Assembly: GCA_964187785.1 (NCBI GenBank)
Contig: OZ076409.1
Location: 27,716,001-27,780,000, forward strand
Reading direction: 5' to 3'
Source: Amphiscolops sp. MND2022
Lineage: Eukaryota
DNA length: 64,000 bases
Within the stretch, counting starts at the first letter, position 1. Every line of letters starts with the position of its first letter. Of the stretch, positions 34,550 through 47,322 are shown piece by piece. Both the position numbers and the translations under genes were made by a program. The notes beneath the pieces were generated by a model. The model was given only the letters and a program-made list of their open reading frames with translations, ran no database searches and was not told where the DNA came from.

Positions 34550-36260
34550 TTTCGAACAACTTGTTTGAATATTAAATGTACTGCAAAATTGATACCCAGC
34601 AGTTGAAGTTTTTTACATGTCCTCTTAGCTTTTTGTCAAAATCAAGGTATCTTCTGCATATAGCAGTGCAAAGATTTTCTCCTCGTCGACATCCAGGTGG
34701 CTCTTCGTTGAATTTGACGGAAAACTCAATCCGCTACAATGATTTTTCAAGTATGCTTTGAAGTCGTTTACAAAAATTGTGAACAATAGTCGTGATAAAT
34801 TATCACCCTGCCTAACACCAACCTCGCATTTGAAAAAAAAACTTATAAATTGGACATATAAGTGACAGAGCCCAATCATCAGGGACAATTCCTGTACTTA
34901 CAACGAGGTTGAAAACACTATTGAGTATCAACGAGGTTCCCAGGAACATATTTCAGAAAGTCTCTCTAAACATTATCTTGACCAGCTGATTTTTAGCATT
35001 TTGCAGTGCTTCTCGCACGCCTCCGCATCTAAGTTTTCTACTCAATTCAACATTGATGTGCAATTCGGGGAACTCTACTCACAAATCTCATAGGCAAAAA
35101 ATCCACTGTAGCAAATGCAATTGTTGAAAGTGTTCAGAGAAGTCTTTATCATCTGATTGTGGAAGAGAACTTTTACTTTTCAAACTCCCAACTACCGACC
35201 AGTATTCTTTGGATTTTTTATCGAACACTTGAAAGTTTTCCATCAAAATTTTCCACGAATGTTCTCTTTTTCAGGAGTATGAGAAACTTTAACCTTTGGA
35301 GAGCTGCTTTTTTTGGGTTCACATACTTCTATATGGACTTTTTTACATGACATTCCATGTGGAACGATTGGTTCTGGCTGGAGACTCGACATGTGGTACA
35401 TAAAACATTCGATATATCTATCTGCAGATTCAACAAGCATACGTTTCAATTCTCAACAGACTTCCAGGAGTTTTTCATCCCACCGAAGAATTCCTTGTGT
35501 TAATTAACTTCCACATCTACAGCTCCCAAAAGTTTTATACGGACGTCTGATAGACTTGGTTCGAATTGATTTACTTCAAAAAAATACTTTTTCAATCAGC
35601 GCATTGCCAGCTGCTACAATATACCACACTCTTTCTGTTGTGACTATTACAAATAAAGATAGCAACACCTCGATCCTTGCCACTTCGCCCGTTCAGTATC
35701 ATCATATCAGTTGTCTTACCTACGTCAATCTTGTGTTACTGATCTTCTATTTATAATTAGTTTAGAGTCTTTGTTTCCTTGCTCAGACGGTCGAAGTTCT
35801 TCGCCATCTATGTCTATTTAAAATTGTATGGTCCCAGTTCGTGCATTGAAATAACCCTATACTAACATTTCAATGTGTTTTTCTTTTGTTCGTTCAAAAA
35901 TCTCCAAACGTTATGCGAAGATATCTTTAATCCAGTTTCTAGAATTTTCATGGGGCAAGAAATAAAAGCCTACGAATAACAGCGCTCGGAATTTGAGATT
36001 CGAATCCACATACGTACATCAGTATGTCTTTTCTAATCAAAAGTGTCAGTCTATGATACCCTTTGAGTAGCTTTTGATCATTGCCAAAAAGATGTTAAAA
36101 CTCTCGAACTAATTGGAAGAACAACAGTTGCTTGCCATTTCTGCAAAGCCAAATACATCGTACCTGTTAGCTTCATCTTGTATTGAGTTCAACCTTTTTT
36201 TCGCATTCAGGCCTCGTACGTTAAAAAAAACAGTATTCCAGTTTTTTTCGATAGATGCCG
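34550..36260 (-). pseudogene. Decayed non-LTR retrotransposon (LINE) fragments
   Basis: GVRQGDNLSRLLFTIFVND...LLYAEDTLIL (RT motifs) at 34625-34888; FNVRGL-like endonuclease start near 36225. Boundaries approximate. Confidence 0.7.
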
Positions 36261-38158
36261 CCATTTACGTTTTTTGACTGGTACTTGGTGAACACTTTCA
36301 ACATTTGTTGTTTATCCCAATTCAGTTTAGTTTGCAGTTCAATGAGAGCTCTACTGACTTTTTTCACTGTCTTCGGATAAACTAGTTGAAATTAATCCGT
36401 ATAGACACTGTAGTCTATCACCTTCAAAATATGAACAGCGCGGACTCTTTTTGAGTCTAGTGTTCTCTGATGTATACAATGTAGTGGTTATCAGAGAACT
36501 TTGCAATGCCCGGGCATGGTTATCCATATTGACAATTTCCGGTATGCAGACGATGGCCGATCGACCTTTTCTTCACAGTGATATCTAGACCCAAAGTTGC
36601 CGCTGTGTCAACAACCCCAAAAGAAGTATTTTCCTCTACAAAGTGGTTCAACAAGGCCGAAGAACAAGAGGCAGTTTCTCCTTGCATACAGTTGCATTTC
36701 TTCTAACCTGCTTTCATTCTGTAAACAAAGGAAATCGTTCGCGTCCATCTCCATCTGTTTTCTTCCGAGCATTTCATTAAGGTGTTTATATACTTTTCCA
36801 AATGGTCAACCAGTACGGGTTGAGAAAAGTTCTCTCGCATCTGTCAATTTCCTCAGTGGAACTTTTTCTGTTAAAATCCCCCTCCTAGATACGTCTTTTC
36901 AAACTGCTTAGAAGAGTCTCTTTCTCGGCCTTTATAACTCAATTTAACCTGATAGGTTAATCAATTTATCATCAACGTCATTGCTTTTTCTTCGAATGGA
37001 GTCATGTTTTCAAGCGAAACAGAAAGGACCTCGAGAAACTAATCTCGGAGTCAACAAACAAACTGAACCACTTTTTTAACATTTTCAGCTGTTAATTGGA
37101 TTGCAGCTTTCATTGACGAGCTTGGCGTTGGCTTGGTGATATCTTTCTCCTTTGGGAACGTCTGTTTTTCTCCAACACCTGTAAATTGTCCCAGTACTTT
37201 ACCACAATCCCCAACTACTTTCTTTCTACCATTGGTTGTTGATGCAACTGTTTGTACTTGTGTAATATGTATTGTGTGCTTGTTTTTATTTCGAGATAAA
37301 ATTGCGTGTGACACTGATGGAAGTGTCATCTACTTTTTTCAAAGCTTCGTGCTAAAATCCGACGACAATAAACTTTTCACTTTTTTAGACGCTCAATAAT
37401 TTCTTCAATTTTGAGGGGCCGATATTTTGTTTCGGTGAGTGAAGGGTAACACTGTTGTTCAACAGGTCGTGCCTTATAACTACTCTTTTTCTCTTAGATA
37501 GTGATTGATCCGCGAAGTACAAAATCAAACTGTTTGTATCGGTTTTGTGGACAAAACTCAGACCAGGGATAGGCGTTACATCTTTTTGTCCAACATTTCG
37601 ACGGTCTCTCGCTCCTATGAAATGTACCTCTCACCAGCTGAAGAACAAAAAACGGAAAAAAGAACCATCTCCTCAATCAATTTAGGACTGTTTATTGGTG
37701 ATATCAGCTGAACTTGCTTGTAAAACTAGAATTCCGGTGCTGATCAGAATAATAGAGTTCTCTGCGGATTCAGTGTGGTGAAAGTTTAGCTTGTTCACCA
37801 ATGGACTGTTCTGAATGAAATCAAGAGGCCCTGCATTGTGTTTGAATTCTGTGCTTGGTGGTCAATATTTTCCCAAAATATTGGTGGTTAAATTATTACA
37901 AATTTTTAGAAAAAGCTGCTGCGAGGTGGTGACTTTGAGTGGTGCAATTGCCCAGACGTAACATCCCAAGTAGTAATAATTTTCATTGCTTTGTTGAATC
38001 GTTATCGGGATTTCTCAACTCTAGACAATGATTATGTTGGTGGACGTTACATCTAGAGTGTGTTTTCTGGTGACCACAGAATGTATTCTATCAATATACG
38101 TTTGTTGATGGGCTTTCTCAGCACACGCTGATTGGTGATCTTTATCAAGGACCTCTGT

Positions 38159-41000
38159 TCAATGATTTGATTTCTCCAAATAAGGGTGAGCTGTCTGAGA
38201 CTGGGTAACGTCTATCAAAATGTTAGTTGCATCATTCCTCCTGCTGGTGTATCCGTGTACCAAGGGCTCATCTGGAAGGACTTCGAGGAACCGATCAAAT
38301 TCTGATTTAGACAACTCTAGACCGCAGTTCGTCATGTTGCTTAGATGCGATGGTAAGCAATGGAACATTTTCGAACAATCCATGAGGCAATTGGATGATT
38401 TGAGGGTTTTGATTCGGGTTCTCGCATTCTGATTGATTGTACGAACGATATATAGCCTACCAGTTCTGGGTTCAGAGTGCCTCGAATGCATTCTGTAGTG
38501 ATATTTGGCTCCATATTCTCTAAGACACACACAATTATGTATGTTTCCCGTCTTCTTTCGACGGAAGACAGCTGGAATAAGTTCTGTAGTCGCTCCCAGT
38601 GATCAAGTTCATTTAGTCCATCGATGCGGCGGTTGAAATACTTTTGTAGGATCTCCAGCTTGTTGATCTCGCCTTTCCTCTTGGGACTCCACAATCGACA
38701 ACAGTAGTCTAAATGTGGGATTGGAAGAGATTTCCAAAAGTGTATCATCACTACAGATGTTCGGGTGTGGAGCCTTGGCAGATTGGTGAAAAAGTTGATT
38801 GAGCGTTTGAGACAATAGTTTCAATGTGTAACGTCAAGGTTGCATCGTGACTCATAGGTATTCCTTCATTCATTTTCTTCAATGGTGGTTCGGATACTAT
38901 TGAAGTATTGCGTTTGGTTTTGATTTCATCATCAACACCGTAGCGCAGAAGTTCAAACTTCAGGCTATTAAATTCAATGTTGTTTCTGTTGTTTCTCTCA
39001 GCCTACTCATAGACTTGTTCCAGCTTCAGTCGGAGGGCTTTAACTTCTTCTTCATCTTCCTTTTTGTAACTTTAGTGTCATCGGCGAAACTTTTGAGTTT
39101 TGAAATTTTCAAGGTTTTGGTCAATTTCCATTTTGAGGACGAAAAAAAGAAGGAGTCCCAGCACTCTACCTTGTGGTACTCCCGAAGACACGTTACCTGC
39201 TTTGAATTATAGTCTTTCACTACAACAGATTGCGTTCTTTCTGTAATGAAAGAGTTGATCCGATTGTGTAATTTGTTTTTCACTACAATGTTTTCTAATT
39301 TTAGAAGGACATTGAAATAAATTTTATCAAACACTTTAGCAAAGTCAAGGTGAACTACATCAGCATTGCTATATTTTTCTGTTTTCAAACAATTCATTAT
39401 GGTGAGCTAGGAGTTGGCTGAGACACGACTTACTCTTCTTGAATCCATGTTGAGAACAGATGAAGCATTCGCTTCTTCAAAGGGATGCACCAGATTTTTT
39501 TTACACAACCCTTTTAAAAATTTTGATGATATGCGAAGTCAGTGCAACTGGTCTGTAGTTTTACGAGCCAAGTTTACTTTCGCCTTTGCGGATTAGTGTG
39601 ATCAGAGCATGTTTAAGTCCACTAAGGACTTCTTGTTTGTCAATACATTTGCACCAAAAATGAACAAGAGTATCGAGAGAGCATCTATGCATTTCTTCAC
39701 AACATCTGCAGGGAAAACATAAAACTCAGCAGCAGCATCAGCAGCAGTCGGCGTCAAATTGTCAATTGCTTGTGCAATGCCTACAATATCAAATTTGATG
39801 TGATCAATGGTGACAAGAACCATCGTGTTTGAAGAAGTGTGGTTTTTCCGAGGGTACTGTGTAGACAGAATGCACTGTAGAGATGATGAATCAGCTTTTC
39901 TATTTGTTTCCTGCACCAATTCCCCTTCGTCATTTTGGAGCGGACCCACCGGTGTTCTGTTTTCCGAAAATTTACTTATGTAGCATGTTTATTCATGTAA
40001 CTTCGGATTCTATTTGATTGCTTTTACAGCATCATTTTCTCTTATCGCAGCTATTCTGACAGTAAATCTCAACTTCAATGTGCTTTTTCCGGAAATTCTG
40101 GTACTTGTCAGGAGATTGCATTTTCTTCATCAGCTGAATAATCTTTTTCTTCTGCGGCATAGGTTCAGTCATCTCCTCGACGTTCGACTTAATATCTTCT
40201 TGTGCATCTTTCTCAAAGGGACATTTTCTCTTGCAAACGCTAGTGTGACACCTAGCAGCTGTGTTAGCATTTGTTCAGTTGTCTTGTTCCGGTATTCGGC
40301 ATTCCAATTGTAGCTCGCGAGTTTTTCGTTCAATCTCGTCCAATCAAACTTTGGGTCATATAAATTGAGTGCGCGAATTCCACTCGGTTGTAGAGATTTG
40401 ACATACACTTTTTGTTCTATTTGAGTTGTTACCTCAACAATTGAGTCGTGGGTTACCATTAGAAGGCAAGGGGTTACTTGTATTTCTAGAATCAAGTCAT
40501 CATTGTTAATGAGCACGAGGTCAAGTGTGTTTCCATCTTTATGGGCTGGCTGTGTAACATATTGCTCAAAACCAAATTCAATTGTGAAGGATTCCATTAC
40601 TGCCGCCATGTTCTGGACTTCCTTAGAGCAAGTCGAACGTGTTTTTTCAAGCCAATCAATAATGAAAATGAAGTCTCCTACGAAGACTGTCTGCGAACGG
40701 ACTATCGACAGGTCTCATTATTTCAGTTAAGGAACGCATAATTTCAATATAATGAGTTGTGTTTGATGGGTGCCCGTGGACATCATCATCTGGTTGCATA
40801 AACACAGCGATCAAGGGAAGGTTTTGAATCTCTGAGTAGAGGCACAAACATTCGATGACACCATTGGTAGCACTGAGAACAGTTTGTATGTTCACAGCAA
40901 CGTCATTACGGACGTAGAACCCTACACCTCCACTGTCGCGTGTTTTCTTTTTTTCTCCTTTCTGTTGGCCCTAAAAATAGTACACCCTCCGATGTTCACA
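38159..41000 (-). pseudogene. Decayed CR1-group LINE ORF2 (APE + RT), many frameshifts
   Basis: GNTLDLVLIN (APE); HLDFAKVFDK; SFADDTKV; IPHLDYCCRLWSP; LSSVERRRE. Confidence 0.85.
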
Positions 41001-41002
41001 AT

Positions 41003-41300
41003 AGGATTCAAGAGAGGTGGGTCGTGTCTCAGCCAACTTCTCGCTCACCATAAGCGTTAGAGAGCCTAGAAAGAAAATAGTAGCAATCCTGATGTAGTTA
41101 ATCTTGACTTTGCTAAAGCCTTTGATAAAATTTATATCAATGTCATTCTGCTAAAATTAAAAAACAATGTAGTGGAAGGCAAATTACACAATTGGATCAA
41201 ATCTTTCATTACAAAAAGAACGTAATCTCAGTGAAAGACTATTATCCAAAGCAGTTAACGTGACTTCCGCAGTATGCTGGGACCACTTCTTCTTCTTTCT
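41003..41300 (+). pseudogene. Inverted, diverged second copy of a LINE RT segment
   Basis: Reverse complement resembles ~39140-39445 (GTGTCTCAGCCAACT.., CTTGACTTTGCTAAAG..TTTGATAAAAT). Confidence 0.75.
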
Positions 41301-42999
41301 AAATATATTATATACTTCCCAGTATAGTATAATCTCTCATTATTGACGTTAGAATATTTCTTCAACTTTTTCTCGCAAATCTAATGCTCGTCAAAATTAG
41401 GTCCAACAATTTTAACCGGAGAGTAATGGATTATTTAATGTTTTTTTCGGACCTCATAATTTCCTCCTAATAAAAACATTGAGTTTCCCGCAAAGTTGCG
41501 AGGTTTGGAGAAAGAACTTGATTTGAAGCAATGTTCGTTTTAAACCATGGCTTTGTTCCACAGATATCTGTGTAAAAAGTGTCTTTCCGAGTGATGTTTT
41601 GTAGTTATCAGAAGGTTTTTTGCAGCTAAAAGTAATTCAACTCTAATTCAATCGCAATAGCAATCCTTGAGCGTCTCGAGAAGAGTAGTAGTTGAGTTGG
41701 AGCGGTCATCCTTTTGTCTGGCTGCGCTCAAGGATATCTTAGTTACTTTTTTGCTCTCCAGCTGCAGGGGCTTCCCTCATGGTATTTTGTGCTAAGAACA
41801 AGACGGTATTCCGTAGAGTTAAAATGATTTGTTAAATTAGTCATGCTGCCCTTGATAGAAGGTTTTTGTTCAAACGCAAAACATTTTTGATTGATGACTG
41901 TTTTCCGAAAGGTGTGTGGAAGTTTGTAACAGGCGCAGCGACACTAGGCCGTGTCTTTAGAAATAGAAACATACATATTCAGATCTCGAATAATTGACAA
42001 AACTGCCACGGATTTTAGAACTAAAAAGTATCTGCTGATTTGAAAACCTGTTGATGCAGCTGAGTGTAAGGAACTCTGCAATGACAATTCAAAAAAGAGA
42101 TTATTCACACTGCTTTTTTTCCGAAAGATCCACTATAAATTGGGCAAAACAATAGAAATTCGGATAAATTCAAGTTGTAAAACGGAAAAGTTCCACACTT
42201 ACTAGCGTCAAAATCGCGTTCTAAAATGCCAATAAACATTAAATTGGATTTTTTTTACAATGTTGTCATCACGATCTCTGAATGCGCGTATAATTACAAA
42301 TTCCAAATTTCATGGTGTAAAACCGATTTCGTTGAGGGTTTATGGTTGTTGGAAGTTGCGCCAAATCGAAGAGGTTTAATGTTTTCAGTAGTTCAGAGGC
42401 ACATTGTTGTAATTCTATCAATGATGGCCTTCAATGAAAATTCTGTGCATGTTACTTGCATTTTCTAGATATAAAAGTTGATGGGAAGTACTGTCGTAGC
42501 CCCAGCTGAGCTGCGAGTGGCGCAATACAAAATACTCAGTCTATAGGGAAGGAAATGGGAAATGAAAGAAAGAAAGGTAACGAACAGAAACAACGCTTAA
42601 AACGGTTAATGCTTAATTTAATAGTAACAAACGGTGTTAATGAACTCATTGTAAAATTCGTTTTCTTGAGAGGGTCATATCGTAAAATTGTGGATTCCAC
42701 AGCGGGTCACATATTCAAAAATTTTTCATCAACTAGCGACATCTTCAGCGTGCTACTAGAGGAGCAGTGATAACATGAGATGATGAATTGGGACGGGATC
42801 TGCAATAGAGTAGTAAAACTTTCGATTTCAATTTCAAAACTGGAAGATGCTGTTTAATCCTCTTCTCGGCCGAAAAATCATTTTCAGTAGAATCAACGTA
42901 AATTCTGCCCATTTTAATTTTGGGTCATGCTTTTTGAATACGAGGCTGAAGCATGCTACGAGGACTTTTTGGATCATGCTGAACACAACAATCTAGAAA

Positions 43000-43195
43000 T
43001 TGCATATCTTGGAAAAATCTTGCAAGAGAAATGTTTGTCTTGCAAGAATCTTGCAAGCTCAAGGTTTTATGCTCATGAGGTATATCTTGCAAGAATCTTG
43101 CAAGAAACCTGCCAGAAAAATGCATTGTCTTACAAGATCTTGCAAGACTTCTTGCAAGACTTCTTGCAAGACTTGTATTTTTTTTAACTAGGGCT
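43000..43195. repeat. Small element built of palindromic TCTTGCAAGA repeats
   Basis: Many CTTGCAAG copies, including 12-bp tandem units at 43139-43175. Confidence 0.7.
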
Positions 43196-43459
43196 GTGAC
43201 TAGATACGCTCTAGAAAGCTTGAGAGGGCCGATAATGACCTGTTATAACAGCTATGGGAAAAATTACTCTCAGCATCGCGATAGGCCAGCCATAGAAAGA
43301 TAATGGTTTGCTTGAGTGCAATTGAGCTTACAAAAGATTTTTGCCAGCTATTTGTAATGTATTATCCTTCGCTGTGCTCACCATATGATTGCTGATCTTG
43401 TAAACTCTTTATATCAGGTTACCTGTTGTTTGAACGTCTACCGAGTAACTTTCGATTGT

Positions 43460-45070
43460 TATTTTCTGTTCATATTTCATGTGGAAAAAATATTTAATTT
43501 GAACAGTTTTTTCAAAACTTACCAAGCTCCAAATTTATATCCAAATCAAAGGGTTTCACCCATAGAATTCAACTGATGTAAAATTAGTATCATGTGGTAT
43601 GTAATTTTAGATAATTTGGACTTTATTGTTTGACGCCAAAGACCCCAGAATGACCCAAAAATGACCCCAAAACCAATTTTTGATAGATTTCGTTGCTTAA
43701 AATGTTGAAAACAATCAAAGTGGGAAAACATTCATTGTGAAAAGGCTTTTCCGAGAAATAAATGCTTCAAGGTTCGACCGAAATTGACAAAAAGTCCAAA
43801 ATTTACCAAATTTTCAAGTATTAATGTGACTTTTGTTAGAATATCAAGAGATTTTGTCCATCATAACGTTCAAAACGTTCAAGAACGAAAAAATTCGTTG
43901 TCCAAAAGGGTTGTTGGAAGAAATAACGTTTTGTAAGATAACTTGCCAAAATGACACCAAAAGAATCAAAAAATTATGATTTCTTCTAGAATTTTCGCCT
44001 TTCTAACGCAAAATTTAATGAATAATTTTCAACGTTTTCAAAGATAAGAACTCTAAAACCATTCAACAACAACTCAATGTATTGTCCAGTAGGCTTCTTG
44101 AAAAGATAAATGCAGTTTTTTGATCAAATGTGCTTTAATTTGACACAAAATTGTCATACGAACCAACAATTTCCAGTTCATGTAGCTTCTTCATGTTATT
44201 TGAGTACAATTTTTTGAGTTTTTGTGAGGTAAAACGTTCATTGAAAAGGGGAAACACCCAGGTATTTGGTAACCTTTTTTGAGAAGAAAAATACAGCGTT
44301 TCACATCAGAAACACTTCAAAACGATCCCATTGTGTCGCAAAGTAGAAAATGAAATTCTCAAAGGCTTTTGTTCAAAGTCTGTGAATTTTCCGCAACGTT
44401 TCTAGGTTTAGAATATTACAACGGTTCAACAACAATTGCATCCAATTGATATCCATTTGGTTTTTGTGGCAAGTGTTTGCTGATTTGTGTTTGGAAAATG
44501 TCTCAATATGAGTAAAAAAAATCATAACTTTTGAAATTATCCTATTTGCGGCAATTTTAGCGATTGTTCGTGAAATTTTTCGGGAACTAGATGGTCCTAA
44601 TGCTAAAGAAGAAATATCAAGCTATTCAGTATGACTCTTGAAGGAAAACGTTGTTCCGAGAAAGATATTTGTTGTGAAATTTGTAAGTTTCGTACTTTCG
44701 TACTTTAGAAACATTGAACTGCATTGAACTGCAAACAACCGCAAAAAAAGAGTAGTTTTGTTGAAAATAAATTGCAGTTTCATGTTCAAAAAGAACATCA
44801 AAATCGCCCCCAAAAACCGAAAAAGTCTGAAAAGATTTTAAAGTGTTTGACCGCCTTGTTTTTTCGAAATTTTGAAAGATTTTGCGCATAAGACATTTGG
44901 AACGTTTAATCATTCGAATGACATGTCCAGGAAATGTTTTGAAAAAAAATAAATGCAAGTTATCGTGAGAAATAAGCCCCAATTTCACCCCAAACTGTCG
45001 AAAACGCAAAACTTTCCAGTTTGCCGTTTTCCCTGCAGTTTGTGTACAATTTGTTTTTTGTGGCTAAGAA
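43460..45070. repeat. Second, oppositely oriented member of the 9900-12030 family
   Basis: Reverse-complement similarity at the end region and TGTCCAGTAGGC repeat motif at ~44083. Boundaries approximate. Confidence 0.55.
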
Positions 45071-45531
45071 AGAGTTGAAAACACTCAAATACGTACAAAC
45101 TAGCTATGCAGTATGCTATTTGGAAGAGAGAGTAGCAGTGTTTTGTTTCAACTCGAACTCAAAACTCTTAGAAACTATAGAACGATTGTAACAGTAAGTC
45201 AAGTGCCACTTTCACCAAAAGCATTGTCAAGCTGATTCACAGCATCGACCCCTCCGCTTCAGGAAACTGCTAATGCACGGGACTTTTTAATGCATATAGT
45301 CGAGGTGTCAACTTTTGACTCGAAGTACCCAACCTAGTATCGCCCCAGGGTCGCTAGTAATTGGAACCTTAGGTAGGGCAAGTATACACGCTATAAAGGC
45401 TTAGTATCTGTGACTCTGAAACTATGTGCTTTACTCATATGACATTGATGTAAAAGTAAGTTGACTTGATGAATCGATAATTACAATGTGTAAACATCCA
45501 TTTGAAATTACTTGACAGTCGATTTAGATCC

Positions 45532-46409
45532 TGTTGGCGCCAGTCAATGGCGAGATCAGAAACTCAAATTCGAACGCGACTCATGAAACTTACAACTCAA
45601 AAGACTTAGAAAACTTTGTCAAGATTTGAGTTGGAAAATTACAAGTTTCACCAAAAATAAGGCATTGCAAAATGTGCCACCCCCCCCCCCGTCCCGGTGA
45701 ACCACTTCATCAATCACCTTGAAACTTGGCACACATATAGTAGTGGTGCTACCCTAACTTTCCCTCGAAACACCCTACTCCCCTGGGTTCCGAGCTATTA
45801 ACACCCAAAGTGACCTAGGTCAGACCCCAAAAATTACCCAAATTTGATGTATAAATTATTATGTGATTTTCTCATACGACCTTGAAGAAAATGTAACTCT
45901 GTTGAAATTAATGATAGTTACATTGTGTAAACATGCTTTAGAGCCCACCTAACCAACATGCTATACCCACACTATGGTTTGTTTACATAGCCAATAACTT
46001 TAATAATTCACTTAAATGTCATTAATTTATACTTCATATTTCAACTCATATTCATCGAATAATTGTAAACGATATGTATACCATAACTAGATAGGCACAA
46101 ATTGATTGGAAAGCTGTATTCAGGTTGGGTCTTAGGATCATTTCAATTCTCAATTCATTTCTTCACCTCTTTTCGACTTTTCGCCAAAGACTTAGGGCGA
46201 CTAAGTTAGTTAATCTCAACTTGTGGAGAGTTGGACGTGTTAAGAGACAAGGAAGAAGTGCAATTCGGGATCATTGGATCCTACTAAGTCAAGATACAGT
46301 CCTTTTAATCTAAGAAGCAAGCAGTGTTCGGTAACGATCCGCAGTGCCGAGCACCGAATTCAGGGCGGCGTAAAGTTTGGTCAATTGAAGGGATCAAGCA
46401 GCCGTTACA
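45532..46409 (+). repeat. LTR 1 (878 bp)
   Basis: TGTTGGCGCC...CCGTTACA. Confidence 0.92.
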
Positions 46410-47322
46410 TTTGGTCCGCCGACCCGGACAACATCATTTGGCCGGACATCTTCAGTTTGAGGCGGACATCATCACATTGGGCGGACATCAACAGTTGGAG
46501 TGGACGTCATTCTGGGTGGACACTACAAGAGGAACGTCGTCTTCATCGTGTGTGGATAGCATTCGTGGTGGAAGACACGTGAGCAGTAGAGTCATCAAAC
46601 GGGTGACACAACATCTATCTGTTCAAGTGACACGAAGCTTGGAGAGAGCTTCCGTGCTGGTTTCTGTGGCAAACCAGAGAGCTGGGAGGACAAGCCTATT
46701 TGTAGGGAGCTTCCTAACCTAGAAGTGGCAGCAGGTGATCCTGTTCGCACAGCAATCGAAAGGTATTGCAAGAGTCGTCGCATTCGAACGGAATCGCGAC
46801 AAGTAGCTTAGACAACTATTCACGACGAACGAGAACTGTGGAGACTGGGTCTACAGTTGGTGATTGGAACTCTGGGAAAGTGTACACTGGGGCTTTGGTA
46901 TTGGACTATTGGGCGATTTGGAACTGGATTGGTTGTGTACTCTGGGAGTTGGGCTTTAGCAGCACTCTGGAGGCAATTGTGCTTCAATTCCAGTTTGGGA
47001 CGAATTGTATCCTTGGGAAACGTATTCCTAATTGAAAGCAAAGGTTTGAACTAAGACGTCGCTGCAAGTATATCCACCAAGTAAAGCAAAAGGATCTAGT
47101 CATTGGGCGAGGTCCACCGAAACAATCAAATCCGTCAAAGAAGGCAAGCATAATCGACATTTTGGGTTGATTCTTCAAGAATTGGCGATTGATTACTGGG
47201 TAGAGCAGTTGACACTTCAGATCTATCAAATTGCTGAGTTTGGGAAATAGTGACAAAGACGCCAAGAAACTAGTGTGTAGTCAGAAAGCCCTCAGTTAAA
47301 CAATAAACTGCAATCTGAACAA

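Noticed and set aside
36400..37400. Possible LINE ORF1 remnant
   Set aside because: Only fragmentary Cys/His and low-complexity hints; too degraded to support a call.
46125..47265. Short ORFs repeated in the BEL-like LTRs and leaders
   Set aside because: They recur only because the DNA is repeated; no coding signature.
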